From Bugula neritina (Eukaryota; Animalia; Bryozoa): a DNA stretch of 64,000 nucleotides. Position 1 is the first letter of the stretch. Each line of letters opens with the position of its first letter. The position numbers and the translations under genes were made by a program. The notes beneath the pieces are model-generated. The model did no database searches, was not told where the DNA came from, and saw nothing but the letters and a program-made list of their open reading frames with translations. Shown piece after piece: positions 1-12,210 of this stretch. The stretch is taken from NCBI GenBank assembly GCA_964035545.1, contig OZ037765.1:9496698-9560697 (forward strand), read 5' to 3'.

Positions 1-443
1 AACAGTTTTCAATAGCAAGTTGGAGTAGTTGACCTCTTCTAAACCATGAAAATCTGAAGTAAAGCCAGTTTAAAATAAATGCAGTTCAAATTCACAACTC
101 AAAAGCATCAACAACTCAATGGCCCATCGACTGCTAGTCCCAATGCTCAATAACCAAAGTAAAAGCAAACATCAATAATAAAAAGGCATATGGGAATCAC
201 AGATAATTATGCAATGTTGTAGTTTTATATCTAAAACTGTCCCAAATGATTGATGAAATCAAGTACCATAAAATGAACAACCCATAAACACCCAAATGCA
301 TCGAATCTTATAAAAACATAATATTGATTTAGTATTAGATTTCTAAACACAAGTAATTTATTTATGACATGCATTCAAAAGTACCACACGTATTTTTAGG
401 TGTAGATTTGAATGTATCGTTAGTTCAAATCAATGCTGCTTAC

Positions 444-600
444 ACTGAAGACGAGAGAGCTGCGGCACGTCGTCTTCGCCTATAACCGCCGTCTCTGTGA
501 GAGCTTGTCTGACTTTAAGGTTTGTCTCCCCGTCCAGTTCAGCTGTCTCGATGTAGCAGAGACTGTTAGGCTCGCTGGTAGCCAGGAGAAGTAGATCAGC
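444..600 (-). CDS. ATP8B: ATP8B exon (DGETNLK actuator motif)
   Basis: CAG acceptor at 603-601, GTAAG donor at 443-439; [37 protein letters not shown]. Confidence 0.92.
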
Positions 601-3600
601 CTGAAACACAGCAGTCTAGCGGTCAGACATATCTTCGAGTTTTACTCAATAGGAAACCTCTTCTAATTTTCTCATACAAGTTTTATAACAAGCACTTGTA
701 ACTCGATATACTTAAGTATTGATAACTGAGAAGTTATAGGTTCTTAAGACTTCAATAAAAGACAATAGAGAGGAAATTCCATAAATGAAAAATAAAATTT
801 TTGAGCATAAAAGTTGCACGGAGTACATTCTACTCAAATACAGTGTCTTGCTGCAGTATTATACAATAATGTGAAGCTCAGAAAATAGCCTGATGTTGCT
901 ATAGTCTAAAATATAGATGGTACTTAAATAGGATACTAACATACAAATATGCAATACACACACTATGTTTATACTGTTATATGGTGTACAGTAAGTAATA
1001 CTTGTAATTACGTTCTTGATAAAAAAAAACCCTTTTCTGCAAGTGAAGTTTGAACCAAATAGCCTCGCTGCTTAAAGTTCTTCCTTTTCTACTACACCGA
1101 GTTTACTAAAACCTCATCCTGTTAGGTAATTCAATGGCACTGGGTTTAAAACCTACCATAACTAAGAGTTTCTTTCTCAATTGCATGTTGCTAAATATGA
1201 CTTAAGTCCTCAGCTGTGAAACTGAGCTCAAATATACTTTGCCTATATTTCAAAGGCAGTCTGATCAGTACAGGAATAGCAGTTCAACAATCATTACCAC
1301 TAATTTAATTAAGGTAGTCTATAATATATATGCCATGCAATGTAGTTACTGTACTGAAGAGCTACTTGAGCTAGTGTCAGCTTACAGCCTTAGATCCTTG
1401 CATTGTACACTTAGATTAGAACTCACTGCAACAAATTCATCATCTTTCATACGAATAATATCGCCAACTACTACATTCTGCCATCTTTCAGATTGAAATT
1501 CACCATCTCGTAGCACCATGGATTCTTTATTGTTAACTTCATTATCACTCTGATGTCTTTGCTGATAAAATAATATTTATAGATGACAATAACATTCTAT
1601 CTGATTCAGGATAATTATTCTCATACAACTGTGTTTCAAAATTATATGAAATGTGAAAGTAGCAGCAAGCATGCATTATAGTACACAAATAAATTGGATA
1701 CACCATTAAAACATGACTTATTATAAAGTAACCCTAAAAAACTAACTAAATTATACTAATATTTACAATGTTCACTATAAATAGCAGTGCTAATAGTTGA
1801 AAAGTAGCTAGAGTAGTTACTTTCTGTCCTAAAACAGCCGATGTGTCATAAGGTCAAGAGGTTAAAATTATCACCATAGTTCTACAAATACTAGTCACTA
1901 AATATAGAAAAAGCTATATTGCAAAACACTTTAATGACAAAATGTGTTCCTAAATACTCACATAGTCATCATAAGCATCTTTGAGAGCAGTTAAAGCCAA
2001 AACCAGAACTAATGGCACAACTGTGGTGACCCAAGTTAAGGAGGAGATCCATGGTATAACCTGTAAAACAACCCATAGTCTGGTATATAACTAAGGAAAT
2101 TCAGTTCACAATTTTTTTAGAATGACATATAGCGCACAACTAATCCATTTTATGGAACAAAGTAACACTGTAGCAATGAGAAACTTCGCAATAAAAATAG
2201 TTCATCAGATAAAAATGCATATAAAATACACGACCCAGTCTTTACCAGTGAAGGAGAAGTTTGCATTTTACAACGTATATATGACGCTGCCTCTTAGTTA
2301 CATAAAAAGCTGCCTCTCAGTCACACCATGCAGCTGCTGACCTACCTGTAGAATAAGTAGAATCAAAAAGTATGTGTTGGCGATTCGTCGAAACTGTTCG
2401 AATAAGTTGAGGGGGAGAAAACTGAGGATTGTGTACTTGGATGTGCAGATATAGTTGTTGGCGTAGTTGAACACCTGGTTAGATGGAGGGTCATTAGCAT
2501 AGACTTTCCGCTCAGTCTCTGTAACAGATAACGCATCAGGCATACAGTCCTAGAAGGGAACAGCTCATGCAACTGTTATTCTAACAGCTGCAGATATATC
2601 AAGTATCTTAGATCTAGTAGTTTGTTCTGTTGAATAGAATATAGAACATAGAATTGCTAAATTGCAATACAGTATGGTTTTATCATTCAATGCCCTTTAA
2701 AGTAATTCTGTAATGCTAAAATAGTTAATATATTGCAGCATTTCCAGGGAATAAATCTTTTCATTTTGTCAGGTTTTATTTCCCCAAATAAAGGAAACTT
2801 GATTCTTAACATAGGCATTCTGAAATCTAAACCAGGCATGTGGCGACCATCTATTTTCCTATTTAATAAAATGGTAAACAAAACACAATACGTGTGTTTT
2901 TGAATTTGAAATATGAAGGGTAACTATCCTTTACATGAAACATTTCATGTCAATACATGTCAATACATAATTTTGTAACTGCTCAAATAAGTTGCATATG
3001 ACATCTAAATTGTTACTAGTACAGCAGTTTTGAGTAGACCTGAAAAATAAACATCCAAGTGTATATATAGGCTAAATATCACAGAATATAGGCTAAATAT
3101 CACAGAATATAGGCTACATATCACAGAATATAGGCTAAATATCATAGAATATATAGGCTAAGAATCACATAATATAGGCTAGATATCACAGAATATAGGC
3201 TACATATCACAGAATATAGGCTACACATATATTTTAAAGATATCATTATTAAAGTAAGCATTGTAAACGATTGTTCTCTTATAAGATAAAGTATATAATA
3301 CAATATCAATTACATTCTCCTTTAGATAGGAATTGAGTACAACATTCGGATGGAACGTGTCATTTTCCACCATTTAGTGATATACGAGACACCTATATAC
3401 AGCTACAGTACTTTCACCTCTTTTAATTATTGTAAATATTTCATAATCCTATTCAAAATTCACTAAGCATATTAGACTCACCTAATACTGAAACCTTGCG
3501 TTTACCCATGCCTTGACTTACTAAGGCTATGAACCTAGCTTCCACTCCACTCTGTAGTGGATAAACTAACAACCTACATACACAGCTATACAGTTTATTG

Positions 3601-5528
3601 AACTTCAATTGTAACTATAACATAATAATAGTGGTTGTAGGCTAAACAATGGAAATCAACAACTCAACAGGCTCTTATTCTATAGGAATATTATATAGTA
3701 CCATACTGTTTACTTTGTGTCATGGTGATAACCCACAAACCAGATAGATTATTTCCAATAATTGATTTTCAGACGTAACAAATTGATGTTTTATAAAATG
3801 TTCAAACAGCTGAGCAAAATCCAAATCAATTAATACAACACTGCTGACTTATTCTTTCATTATGGCAGCACTTGTTTCACCATTGAATCATTATATTGCA
3901 GCCCACAGCCCAATGTACAGTAGATTTTAATTAATTATTCAAAGGTTGGCATTAAATGTAACAAATGATTAGTTTCATAATAGGCTTTGTGTACATGAGC
4001 ACTAAAAATGATACCCTAAGGTCTAAAACCTGTCCTAAAGTTTACCAGTGGGTAGGCAATATATAGCCACCCAATCTGGCTCAAGCAGATACTTGGGAAT
4101 CACAAAAACATGGCATATGATTCCAAGCCTGATACATATCATTATAATAAACTCTATTGACTGAGAATATGATAATAAAAAATATTCAAGTTGAATAAAA
4201 AGTTGAGGTGTACCAATTTAAGCTTTTATATTTTATGCTGCAACTGCCTTCTAATGAAGGGGAGACAATTTCATTATTATTGAAAAACCTCATTGAAGCC
4301 TACTAGAACAAAATGTTTGTCTAAAATACACAGTATCAATTATATTCCTAATACAGGATACTTAATATTAATAGAGCCAATGGTTGCCTATTTTACAAAA
4401 CTAAAATGTTTAAAAAATTAAGCAGACCAGCCACAGACTATTTTTAAAACTTTTCAACTTTATTCTTGTTATAATCAAATGCTTGCACTACATGCTCATT
4501 ATACATAATCATATGATGAATGATATTATAAGAAAAATGTTATGAGAATCTTTGGATATTTATTTGAAACATTTGTTGACTGCAATATTTGGAATCATGT
4601 CCCCAACATTTGTATTATTACACATTTACTACAATGTTCACTTGTGTATCAATATTTGCACAGACTATAGCATCTAACTTATCCCTAACTTTCAACTTCT
4701 ACTAGCTCAGCAACCAACAGCCCCCCCCCCCCACCACCACCACTGTGGAATGTAAAAATAGCGAAGAGACAATACACTGAACTTCAACCCCAAATGTGTA
4801 AAAAGCCTGGTTTTCGGCAATAGCTAGTCTTTGTAACAGCAGACTAAATATGGTGCAGAACTAATACTGGATACAAATGGTGCTATTTATCTAAAATATA
4901 GCATATAGTGGCAAGGTTTTGTCTGACACAGGCATACACGTAGTGATCTGCACCTCCTTCGGGCAATATTGTATATCAATGAATCATTCAAAAGGATGCA
5001 TTCCTTATCTAATTACTAGACTGGGATCTAATATATTTTGGTAAAGTATCTAAGCTAACTACTATAATTATCTTCACGGTACAGTATACACTATACAGCA
5101 TGCTGCACTATTTCGTATATATGTATATAGTGAGTGACATTTATGGGGGAAAATAGTTTACTTCCTTATTTAACATATGAGCTTGACCTTTAAGTATGGC
5201 TACTAGTTTCATAGTTCCACTTACAACTCTGCATTATTATAGAGGTAGGTCCAGAGTTTAAGATTTTCTCATTGATACCTAATTATAGCGAGTATTTATA
5301 GCATGGAACATAGTCTATTTATGATATAAAGCAATCGGCTCCAAACTCAAATGTCAAACCAAAAATTATTAGTAAAACCTTCAGTCTACATCCAACAGTA
5401 GGGCATGCATGACCTAGATTATTCAACTTGCACTGTGTTGCTCTTTCAATAGCCTATAATCCATCATTAAACTTACCTTCAGAGTCCGTACTATCTCTAC
5501 GCCTACATCTTTTCAGCAGTCTGTTCAT
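444..5528 (-). CDS. ATP8B: P4-type ATPase phospholipid flippase, ATP8B family, 5' portion (gene continues beyond window start)
   Basis: Phase-consistent GT-AG exons 2518-2346, 2060-1962, 1561-1427, 600-444 encode ERKVYAND...[31 protein letters not shown] / [33 protein letters not shown] / [11 protein letters not shown]...[10 protein letters not shown] / [34 protein letters not shown] (A-domain DGET motif of P4-ATPases). First coding exon is either 5528-5477 or 3509-3482 (both phase 1). Confidence 0.9.
1427..1561 (-). CDS. ATP8B: ATP8B exon
   Basis: 135 nt, phase 0/0; [45 protein letters not shown]. Confidence 0.9.
1962..2060 (-). CDS. ATP8B: ATP8B exon (TM2)
   Basis: 99 nt, phase 0/0; [33 protein letters not shown]. 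Confidence 0.9.
2346..2518 (-). CDS. ATP8B: ATP8B exon (N-terminal domain and TM1)
   Basis: 173 nt, within ORF 2298..2543; [57 protein letters not shown]. Confidence 0.9.
3066..3225. repeat. 21-bp minisatellite (TATAGGCTAAATATCACAGAA), about 7.5 units
   Basis: Eight TAGGCTA cores at about 21-bp spacing, read directly. Confidence 0.9.
3482..3509 (-). CDS. ATP8B: Candidate alternative first coding exon of ATP8B (MGKRKVSVL)
   Basis: ATG at 3509, 28 nt, G|GTGAGT donor, phase 1 matches the exon starting at 2518. Confidence 0.45.
5477..5528 (-). CDS. ATP8B: Candidate first coding exon of ATP8B ([17 protein letters not shown])
   Basis: Acceptor TTTCAG ending at 5601, ATG at 5528 in AAACATG context, AG|GTAAGT donor, phase 1 matches the exon starting at 2518. 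Confidence 0.55.
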
Positions 5529-8500
5529 GTTTTGCTGTATTTATTATTCTGATATAAGTGACTTCACCCAAATATACTTAGAAAAAAGCCCCATCCATAC
5601 CTGAAATAAATCAAATGCTATAAATCATAATAGCATAGCAACTAGTGACAAATTGACACTACTACAGTAACAAGAGAGCACTTTACATACATGCCAGTGT
5701 CTAACAATACAGTGCTAGTAATGCATCTTCAACTGAAAAAATGATGTCCCATGCATTTCTTTTTTGTTATGATAGTTTATCTTATCAAACAATATTTTAG
5801 AAGCTACCCATAGTATATCAATGGCTATAGACTGTTACAGAGTGAAAGAAGACACCTTGCTTTATCAACTCACAACTAGTATTTACTTTGCACTAGATGA
5901 GTGGTGATTGTACTCATAATGATTTAACATTATAACTAATAAATCTATTTGACCAATAACAAATATAAAAGCAAGAATGTAATAGTTATGAATGTAGGCT
6001 ACAGGGCAATATTGACATTAATTTGTGTGTAATAGTTTCTAGGAAATGAATGAATAAAATAAACATCCCTTCTCATTTACACACCATCAACCAACACAAA
6101 CAGGCAAAATTAAAACTAAAAAATGAAAATCCAAATTAATCAACAGTTTTACAGTGGCAGTACCACTACCATATCTACTAAATACCCTTATACTTCTTAT
6201 TCTAGATTTTGTAAACTAAAAAAATATAACTCATTGCACTGTTATATAAGGTTGCTTGCAAATTCTCTTTTTCATACTTGGTCATGTTTTGAATACAGCC
6301 TTAGTTAAATACGAATTTATTTGAAAAATTAGGTCGCAAGTATCTCTTTTCTGTTAAGATAGTTTATCTTATCAAACAACTTGTCAAACTGAACAGGGTT
6401 TCAAAACTGTTTAAAAATTTCCCAACTGCTGTTTTTTCAATCATGTAAAAATCGAAATCTTGTAAAACCAATAAAGTTATTTGCAACTAAAATTGTATAT
6501 CCAAAAATACAACACATGGAATAGCATTATATGGCACACAATGCCAAGTTTTATAATCTCATACATCATTTATGCACATTGTGAATACAAGAGGTTGGCT
6601 AGGATCACTTTCATTATACACTAGTAATGCCAGCACAACTATATATAATGTTCTGTATTAGATGGTTTATAAGTTAATAGCAAGATGTTACTGATCCTCA
6701 ATGTTGGCAGATCAAAAGGTATCACTATTATTACAATTTTATCGACATGACGGTACTGCTATAAAAGGATCAAATGAGAATCTATCCACGAAAAAGAGGC
6801 TATAATGGAGATCTAAAATACATACCTTAAATTCTAATTTATCTAATAATTAACTCTTTTCTAAGAATAATTATAAGGAGGAAATGCTATTCAATATTGC
6901 TGGGACATGCACATGGTAATTTTGTGAATTCAATACATGGCACATTGTGATTAACCAAAAGTAAAGTTTTTAAGCACAGTTGCAATAAGTTTAGATATAC
7001 TATATTATAAATACACTGAACATGAATCCTTGGAGAATTGAATCAATAACAATAGCCCATGGCTGCTGTTGACACCATAGTGAGACTGCTCTATAGTCTA
7101 TTTCGATTAAACGGTGTATTTGCAAAAGCAATTTGATCAGTGATTTTGGGTGCAACAACAATGAAATAATAATTCGGGAATAATTTCTATTCGTTTTTTT
7201 CAATATTCTATTGATGGCACATCGGTAAAATATAAAATATAGAAACTGCATTTGTAAATTTGCAAAGCCACAAACCTAAGAACTGCTTAATCAATGACCA
7301 TTTGTTACTGTGCGTCAACTTTTAGTGCGACTGTTATTTCTTTTGCTTATAATATATGCTAAATCTAAGTTTGCTAGTATGGATGAGTAGGTCAAACTAA
7401 ACCTAATATAGTTTACATTCAGGCCTGCCAATCCACTATAGTATTTTATAGCTGCAGCTTTGCATTACTGCTTGTAGTCTGATAATAACTGTTTAAATAT
7501 TTGTCTGCAAAGAGAGTAAAGAATGCAGATTTTTATCTCCTTCTTGTGTAGGCGTAAGAATATGGGGATTCAATAATGAAGAGTGAATTTTGGATCAAAA
7601 CGATGAATGAATATTTAGAAACTAAATATAATTAAAAGCAACCTTATTGTCATCAACAACACAGTATACAATTTAATATAAAAAAATTCTTTTTCTACAT
7701 GTGGCTACAGGCAGAACTTGCAAAATGATAAGCTAACAATCCTAATAAAGCAAGAACAGTCAATGACAATTGACAGTAGACTCTTCACTGAGTAAACAGA
7801 ACATCTATCTTGCAAGTCTTGTCTTAACATTTTGCCTTAGTCCTCACGAAGAATATAATTTCAACATTTCAGATTGACTTTATTCTAAATATTGGAATTA
7901 GGCTAGATTTTTGGAAATTTGAAAAATTGTTTTAGAAATGTGTCGAAATTGGCATATTGGTATTTATTTCAATATGAAAATTTGTGTGGCTTTAAATTTA
8001 CATAATAAAGTCACGTACCTAATTTTAATTTATGTTTATTCAAATAATAGCTAATTTATGCAAAAATAAACTATTGGATTCTAATAATAAGAATTAAGGG
8101 AATATGTGAACTGCCACATATATATACGAATCCTAATTTTCTACTGTAAAGCAGGGCTGCAAAGTTATATTTGTGCTACATTAATACATTTAGCAATATC
8201 TTAGCTGTCAATTAAATGCAGTTTTAGGGTTGAGCAGCAAACGAATTGGTTTTAGAATTCTGTGAGCGCATGTCTTCAATTAATTCAAGATTTTCTGATG
8301 ACAGTTTGGTCTAGCTCAGTGCTGGCAAAATTGAAAACCTAATACTTGATTGTTGCTAACTTACATTATGTATTGTCTTAGCTGCTGCAATACATAGATA
8401 AATCCCTAGGAAAGTTTAAAACACAGACTAATAATAGAGTTAAGTGAGAAACAAAACTATTTAGCTACAGATATCAAGAGTTGAAATTATTGCGTATTGA

Positions 8501-8779
8501 AATATTGAACGCTGGGAATTTAAACTAGTCTAGTATCAACTTGTGATAAAAAAAATGGTAATCTATGGCAATAACATTATTTAAAAAATTCGAGCTGATG
8601 CTGTCTAGTAGTGAAATATTTATCTAGTATAATCATTATGACTGCAGCAAAATATTATAACCTAGGATCACAATGGTCAGTTACCAGTCACTCATTAGCA
8701 TAAACATGAGGCTATTATTACTATTGATGTAGCAACACCCTCGTACTACTATATCTATAGGCAGCTTTTTGAGCTTGCC

Positions 8780-10260
8780 AATTTTTATTTCAGATTTGAA
8801 TTCGAGTTTGAATTTCAGTTTCAGATTGACTTTCACACTTCGAAGTTAACTTGATTCCTATTTTGAAACACCCAACTCTCTAATCATAAATGTAATAATA
8901 AAAATAACTTCAATTATAAATAATAATAATACAAGTACCATTAGCAAATTACATATTTATATATAAATATTGACACAATTATTGTTATACAAGTTATAAT
9001 AATAATTAATATCATATTTGCTGTCTGTTAGTTTAGTATTAATACTGGTAGTGGTATATCACTATCACCATGGTTATTAATATTAGTAATAGTTATAGTA
9101 ATTTAGTATTTTTAAAAATAAATTTGGTCATTATAATATTAATTTATATCCTTAATTTAGTATTACTATTACTATTACTATTAGTATTACTATTAGTATT
9201 AGTATTAGTATTACTCTACTCCGACTCGGTAAACTGAACTTTGGGGCTTTTAACAATAACAGTACCAAACAATCACTTTTTAAATAGTACCACTACTACT
9301 CACTGAAATTGAATATATCTACTTTCCAGTTTATTAGTACTACTAGTACTAGTCAAAGTGAAAGTTAAATTCCTTTCTATAATAAATAAACTCTTGATAG
9401 CAACCAACAGGAACTCAGCAATGGACGTTAACCGTGGTTCCTAAACTATTTAAACGACATTCGTATTTCAGTATTTTTACGCGGGCTCGGCCTCCTCTCA
9501 AACACTAGTTTTTAATCACAGCTCTGGTCACGACATTGACATTAACCTTCACACTGGTAAAATACATCAGTGTATCATTGGTGGGTATAGATAATCTCAC
9601 AGTTGTATAAGACAGTTTCACATACCGCGCTCAATAAAAAATATTAAATATTTTGGGCACATAATTTAATGGTAAACAGCTAAACTAATAACTTTATGTT
9701 TAAAACATTCCACTATTGTAATCTAGAGTTAACCTATTACTTATTAGTATTTATTTGTAGAATTAAATATTTTCAATTTGAGTTCAACTCAATTAGAATT
9801 AAATTTAATATTATTTTATTTTTATAAATTAAATTTAATCAATATCATCATAATCATAACGATATTATGATCATCATTATGATTATCATTATCTTAATGA
9901 GTTGATAATCATATTGATAATCATTATAAATTGATAAATTAATATTACTATTAGTATTACTATAGTTATTGCCATAATCATAATGATAATCATAATCATA
10001 ATCATATTAGCAGAATCATATCACTTATCAGTCATACTCATAGTCATATGAATATGGTTATTATTTTACTATAATAAATATAAATGCATTAAAATTATCA
10101 AATTTTATTACAATAACAACATCAATGTGCAAATGAATATGAAACTGAATACTTATAGCTTATACCAATACTATAACTATTACTCAGTATAAGTATTACT
10201 ATTACTATTAGTATTAGTATTATTATTATTAATACCACTATAACTATTAGTATTACTAGT
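8780..10260. repeat. AT-rich degenerate hexamer low-complexity domain (TATTAG/TATTAC/ATAATC), interrupted by a complex island at about 9400-9640
   Basis: Pure arrays at about 9157-9213 and 10194-10256; ATAATC-type run at about 9845-10025. Confidence 0.8.
9400..9640. promoter_or_regulatory. Candidate promoter / first non-coding exon region of ATP8B
   Basis: Local CpG cluster (GACGTTAACCG, ACGCGGGCTCGG, ACCGCGC) in otherwise CpG-poor AT-rich DNA upstream of the ATP8B coding exons; function is inference. Confidence 0.35.
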
Positions 10261-11025
10261 AGTCAGTGCTAGATTATGTAGGCTCTACCAAATACTTGGA
10301 TGTTACACTGCAATCAGATTGCAGGTTCAACAACCATATATCAAATAAAATACTAAATGCTAGAAGACAATTGGTTATGATTAAAAGAGCTCTCTACTGG
10401 GCCCTCGAACGAGCTCAGTTTATTGCATATAAAATTTTTTGTCTACCACACCTAGAGTATGCTAGTGCAGCTTGGGACCCAACCTGCAAGAAGGCTATTT
10501 CTGGCTTAGAAAAGATACAAGTGTATGCAGTGCAATTCATAGCCAATATTAAAGGCCGTGAAGATGTCGAGAGTGCCATGAAGAAGCTCTGCCTACAACC
10601 CCTTGAACAAAAAAGGAGAGCCACACGTATTAATCTCCTTATGAAAATTCTGGCATAAGAAGAACAACATCTGGCTCTCAGCTCTGCCTATGATGACCTG
10701 CTGAACAAGCCAACAAACAGCACTACACAGACTCGCTCCCAAGCCAAAGGATAGCCCTGATCAGTGGGTGCTAACAGTACCAAGTACCTGAACAATTTTC
10801 TCCCAAGGACTATCCGGGACCTAAAAATTGGTCACAATCAAAGCAATAATTCAGAAATCTTAACATAGGCAGGATCAAGTTCCCATTCAGTAAATACAGT
10901 CCAACCAGCACTAACTGTATGACTTTTGACCAATGACTGTCCAACACATTACCCATATGCAGCACACCCCTTCCTCCCTCTAGGGCGGTCCAGTGTGATG
11001 ATCACTTCGAGTAAGTTCGAGTAAG
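10261..11025 (+). mobile_element. 5'-truncated CR1-group (CR1/L2/Crack-like) non-LTR retrotransposon, copy 1
   Basis: ORF 10266..10658 encodes an RT C-terminal region (KYL.VTLQSDCRFNNHI...LPHLEYASAAWDP...LQPLEQ); TAA at 10656 where copy 2 has AAA; 3' end matches 56321-56640 in reverse complement; tail (TTCGAGTAAG)2. Confidence 0.9.
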
Positions 11026-11277
11026 TAGTATTATTATTGGCTTAAATTTTAAGAATAAGTAATTCACTAAAGTTAATACTAATAGTAATACACTAATACT
11101 AAAGGCAATGGTAATTGACACAGTAATAATCATACTGATAGTCACGCACTACCATGGTGATGGAGATAGTCAGTCAAAGTCAGCGTGTCATGGTGGTAGG
11201 TAAGCTAGATGCTTAAGTTAAATTTATTAACATACCTAGTTATTGACTATAAGTTAAAGTATGATACGCGCTGTAAC

Positions 11278-12210
11278 TTATTATTATTATTATGGGTTTT
11301 ATCACAGCTTTTTGCTGGTGTAGCCTTCTACCATCAGCCTAGTTTCACTAAGCTGGAATAAATAGAACTTTCCTCAAGATGTGAGCTGATCTGAGTAATG
11401 CTGTCTGTTGAATTAGTGAGTACTTGTTTTCAGCTACTCCAAGTAATGCCATCCAGTCTACAGTTCTGTATAAAGCTCCAAGGGCCCCAATTACAATGGG
11501 GATAACTTTTGTTGATGTTTGCCAAAGGCAGGTTAATTCTAATGCTAAATCTTGATATTTTCCTATCTTCTCTGATTCTTTTTCTTTTACTCTATAGTCA
11601 CAGTGGACTGCGATATCGATGATCGTTGTTTTAGCATTACACTTGTTAGTTACCATTATATCAGGCCTCCTAGCTTTGATGGCTCTGTCGGTGTGTATGT
11701 TGAAATTCCACAAGATGTTATTTTCCAGTACTGATTCTGCTCGATAGTCATACCAATTTTCGTTCCTCTGAAGCCCGTGAATTTTACACAACTCCCAGTG
11801 AATTATCGATGCCACATGGTCGTGTCTTTTATTATAGTCTCTTCGTGCTAGCTTCTCACACTCACTCAGCATCAAAGTTTCGTTCCTTGCTTTGCACATC
11901 CGACATTTCTTGCTACCTTGTTCTTTTATTACAGCCACTAGTAATTTCTAGTAGGGAGTGCTTGATTTTGCGCAGCTAACAGAAATCCTTCTGTTTCCTT
12001 ATTCATTCAACCAGATATTTTTTCATTTCCTTCATTCTTTTGATGTACTGACCATGTGAAGCCTTTTCTTTTCACCCATCAGCTATTTCTATCACTTTAT
12101 CATTTTTGAGTTCTACTGCTGTTTTGTCCGTTAGGAAAGTATTTAGTGTCTCCATTATTCAGTGTGATGTCTCCATCAATACATCTCTTCTTTATGTAAT
12201 CTGACTGATC
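11278..12210 (-). mobile_element. Decayed R4/Dong-clade non-LTR retrotransposon (restriction-like endonuclease type), 3' fragment
   Basis: Upstream broken frames ..HGQY.. and KETEGFLLAAQNQALPTRNY; ORF 11348..11938 has a CRMC zinc-knuckle remnant, RHD motif and RPDI...IIDIAV...EKIGKY PD-(D/E)xK nuclease; short 3' UTR ending in (TAA)5 at 11293-11278. Confidence 0.85.

Noticed and set aside
3066-3225. CRISPR-like repeat array
   Set aside because: Tandem units with no unique spacers, in a spliced eukaryotic gene.
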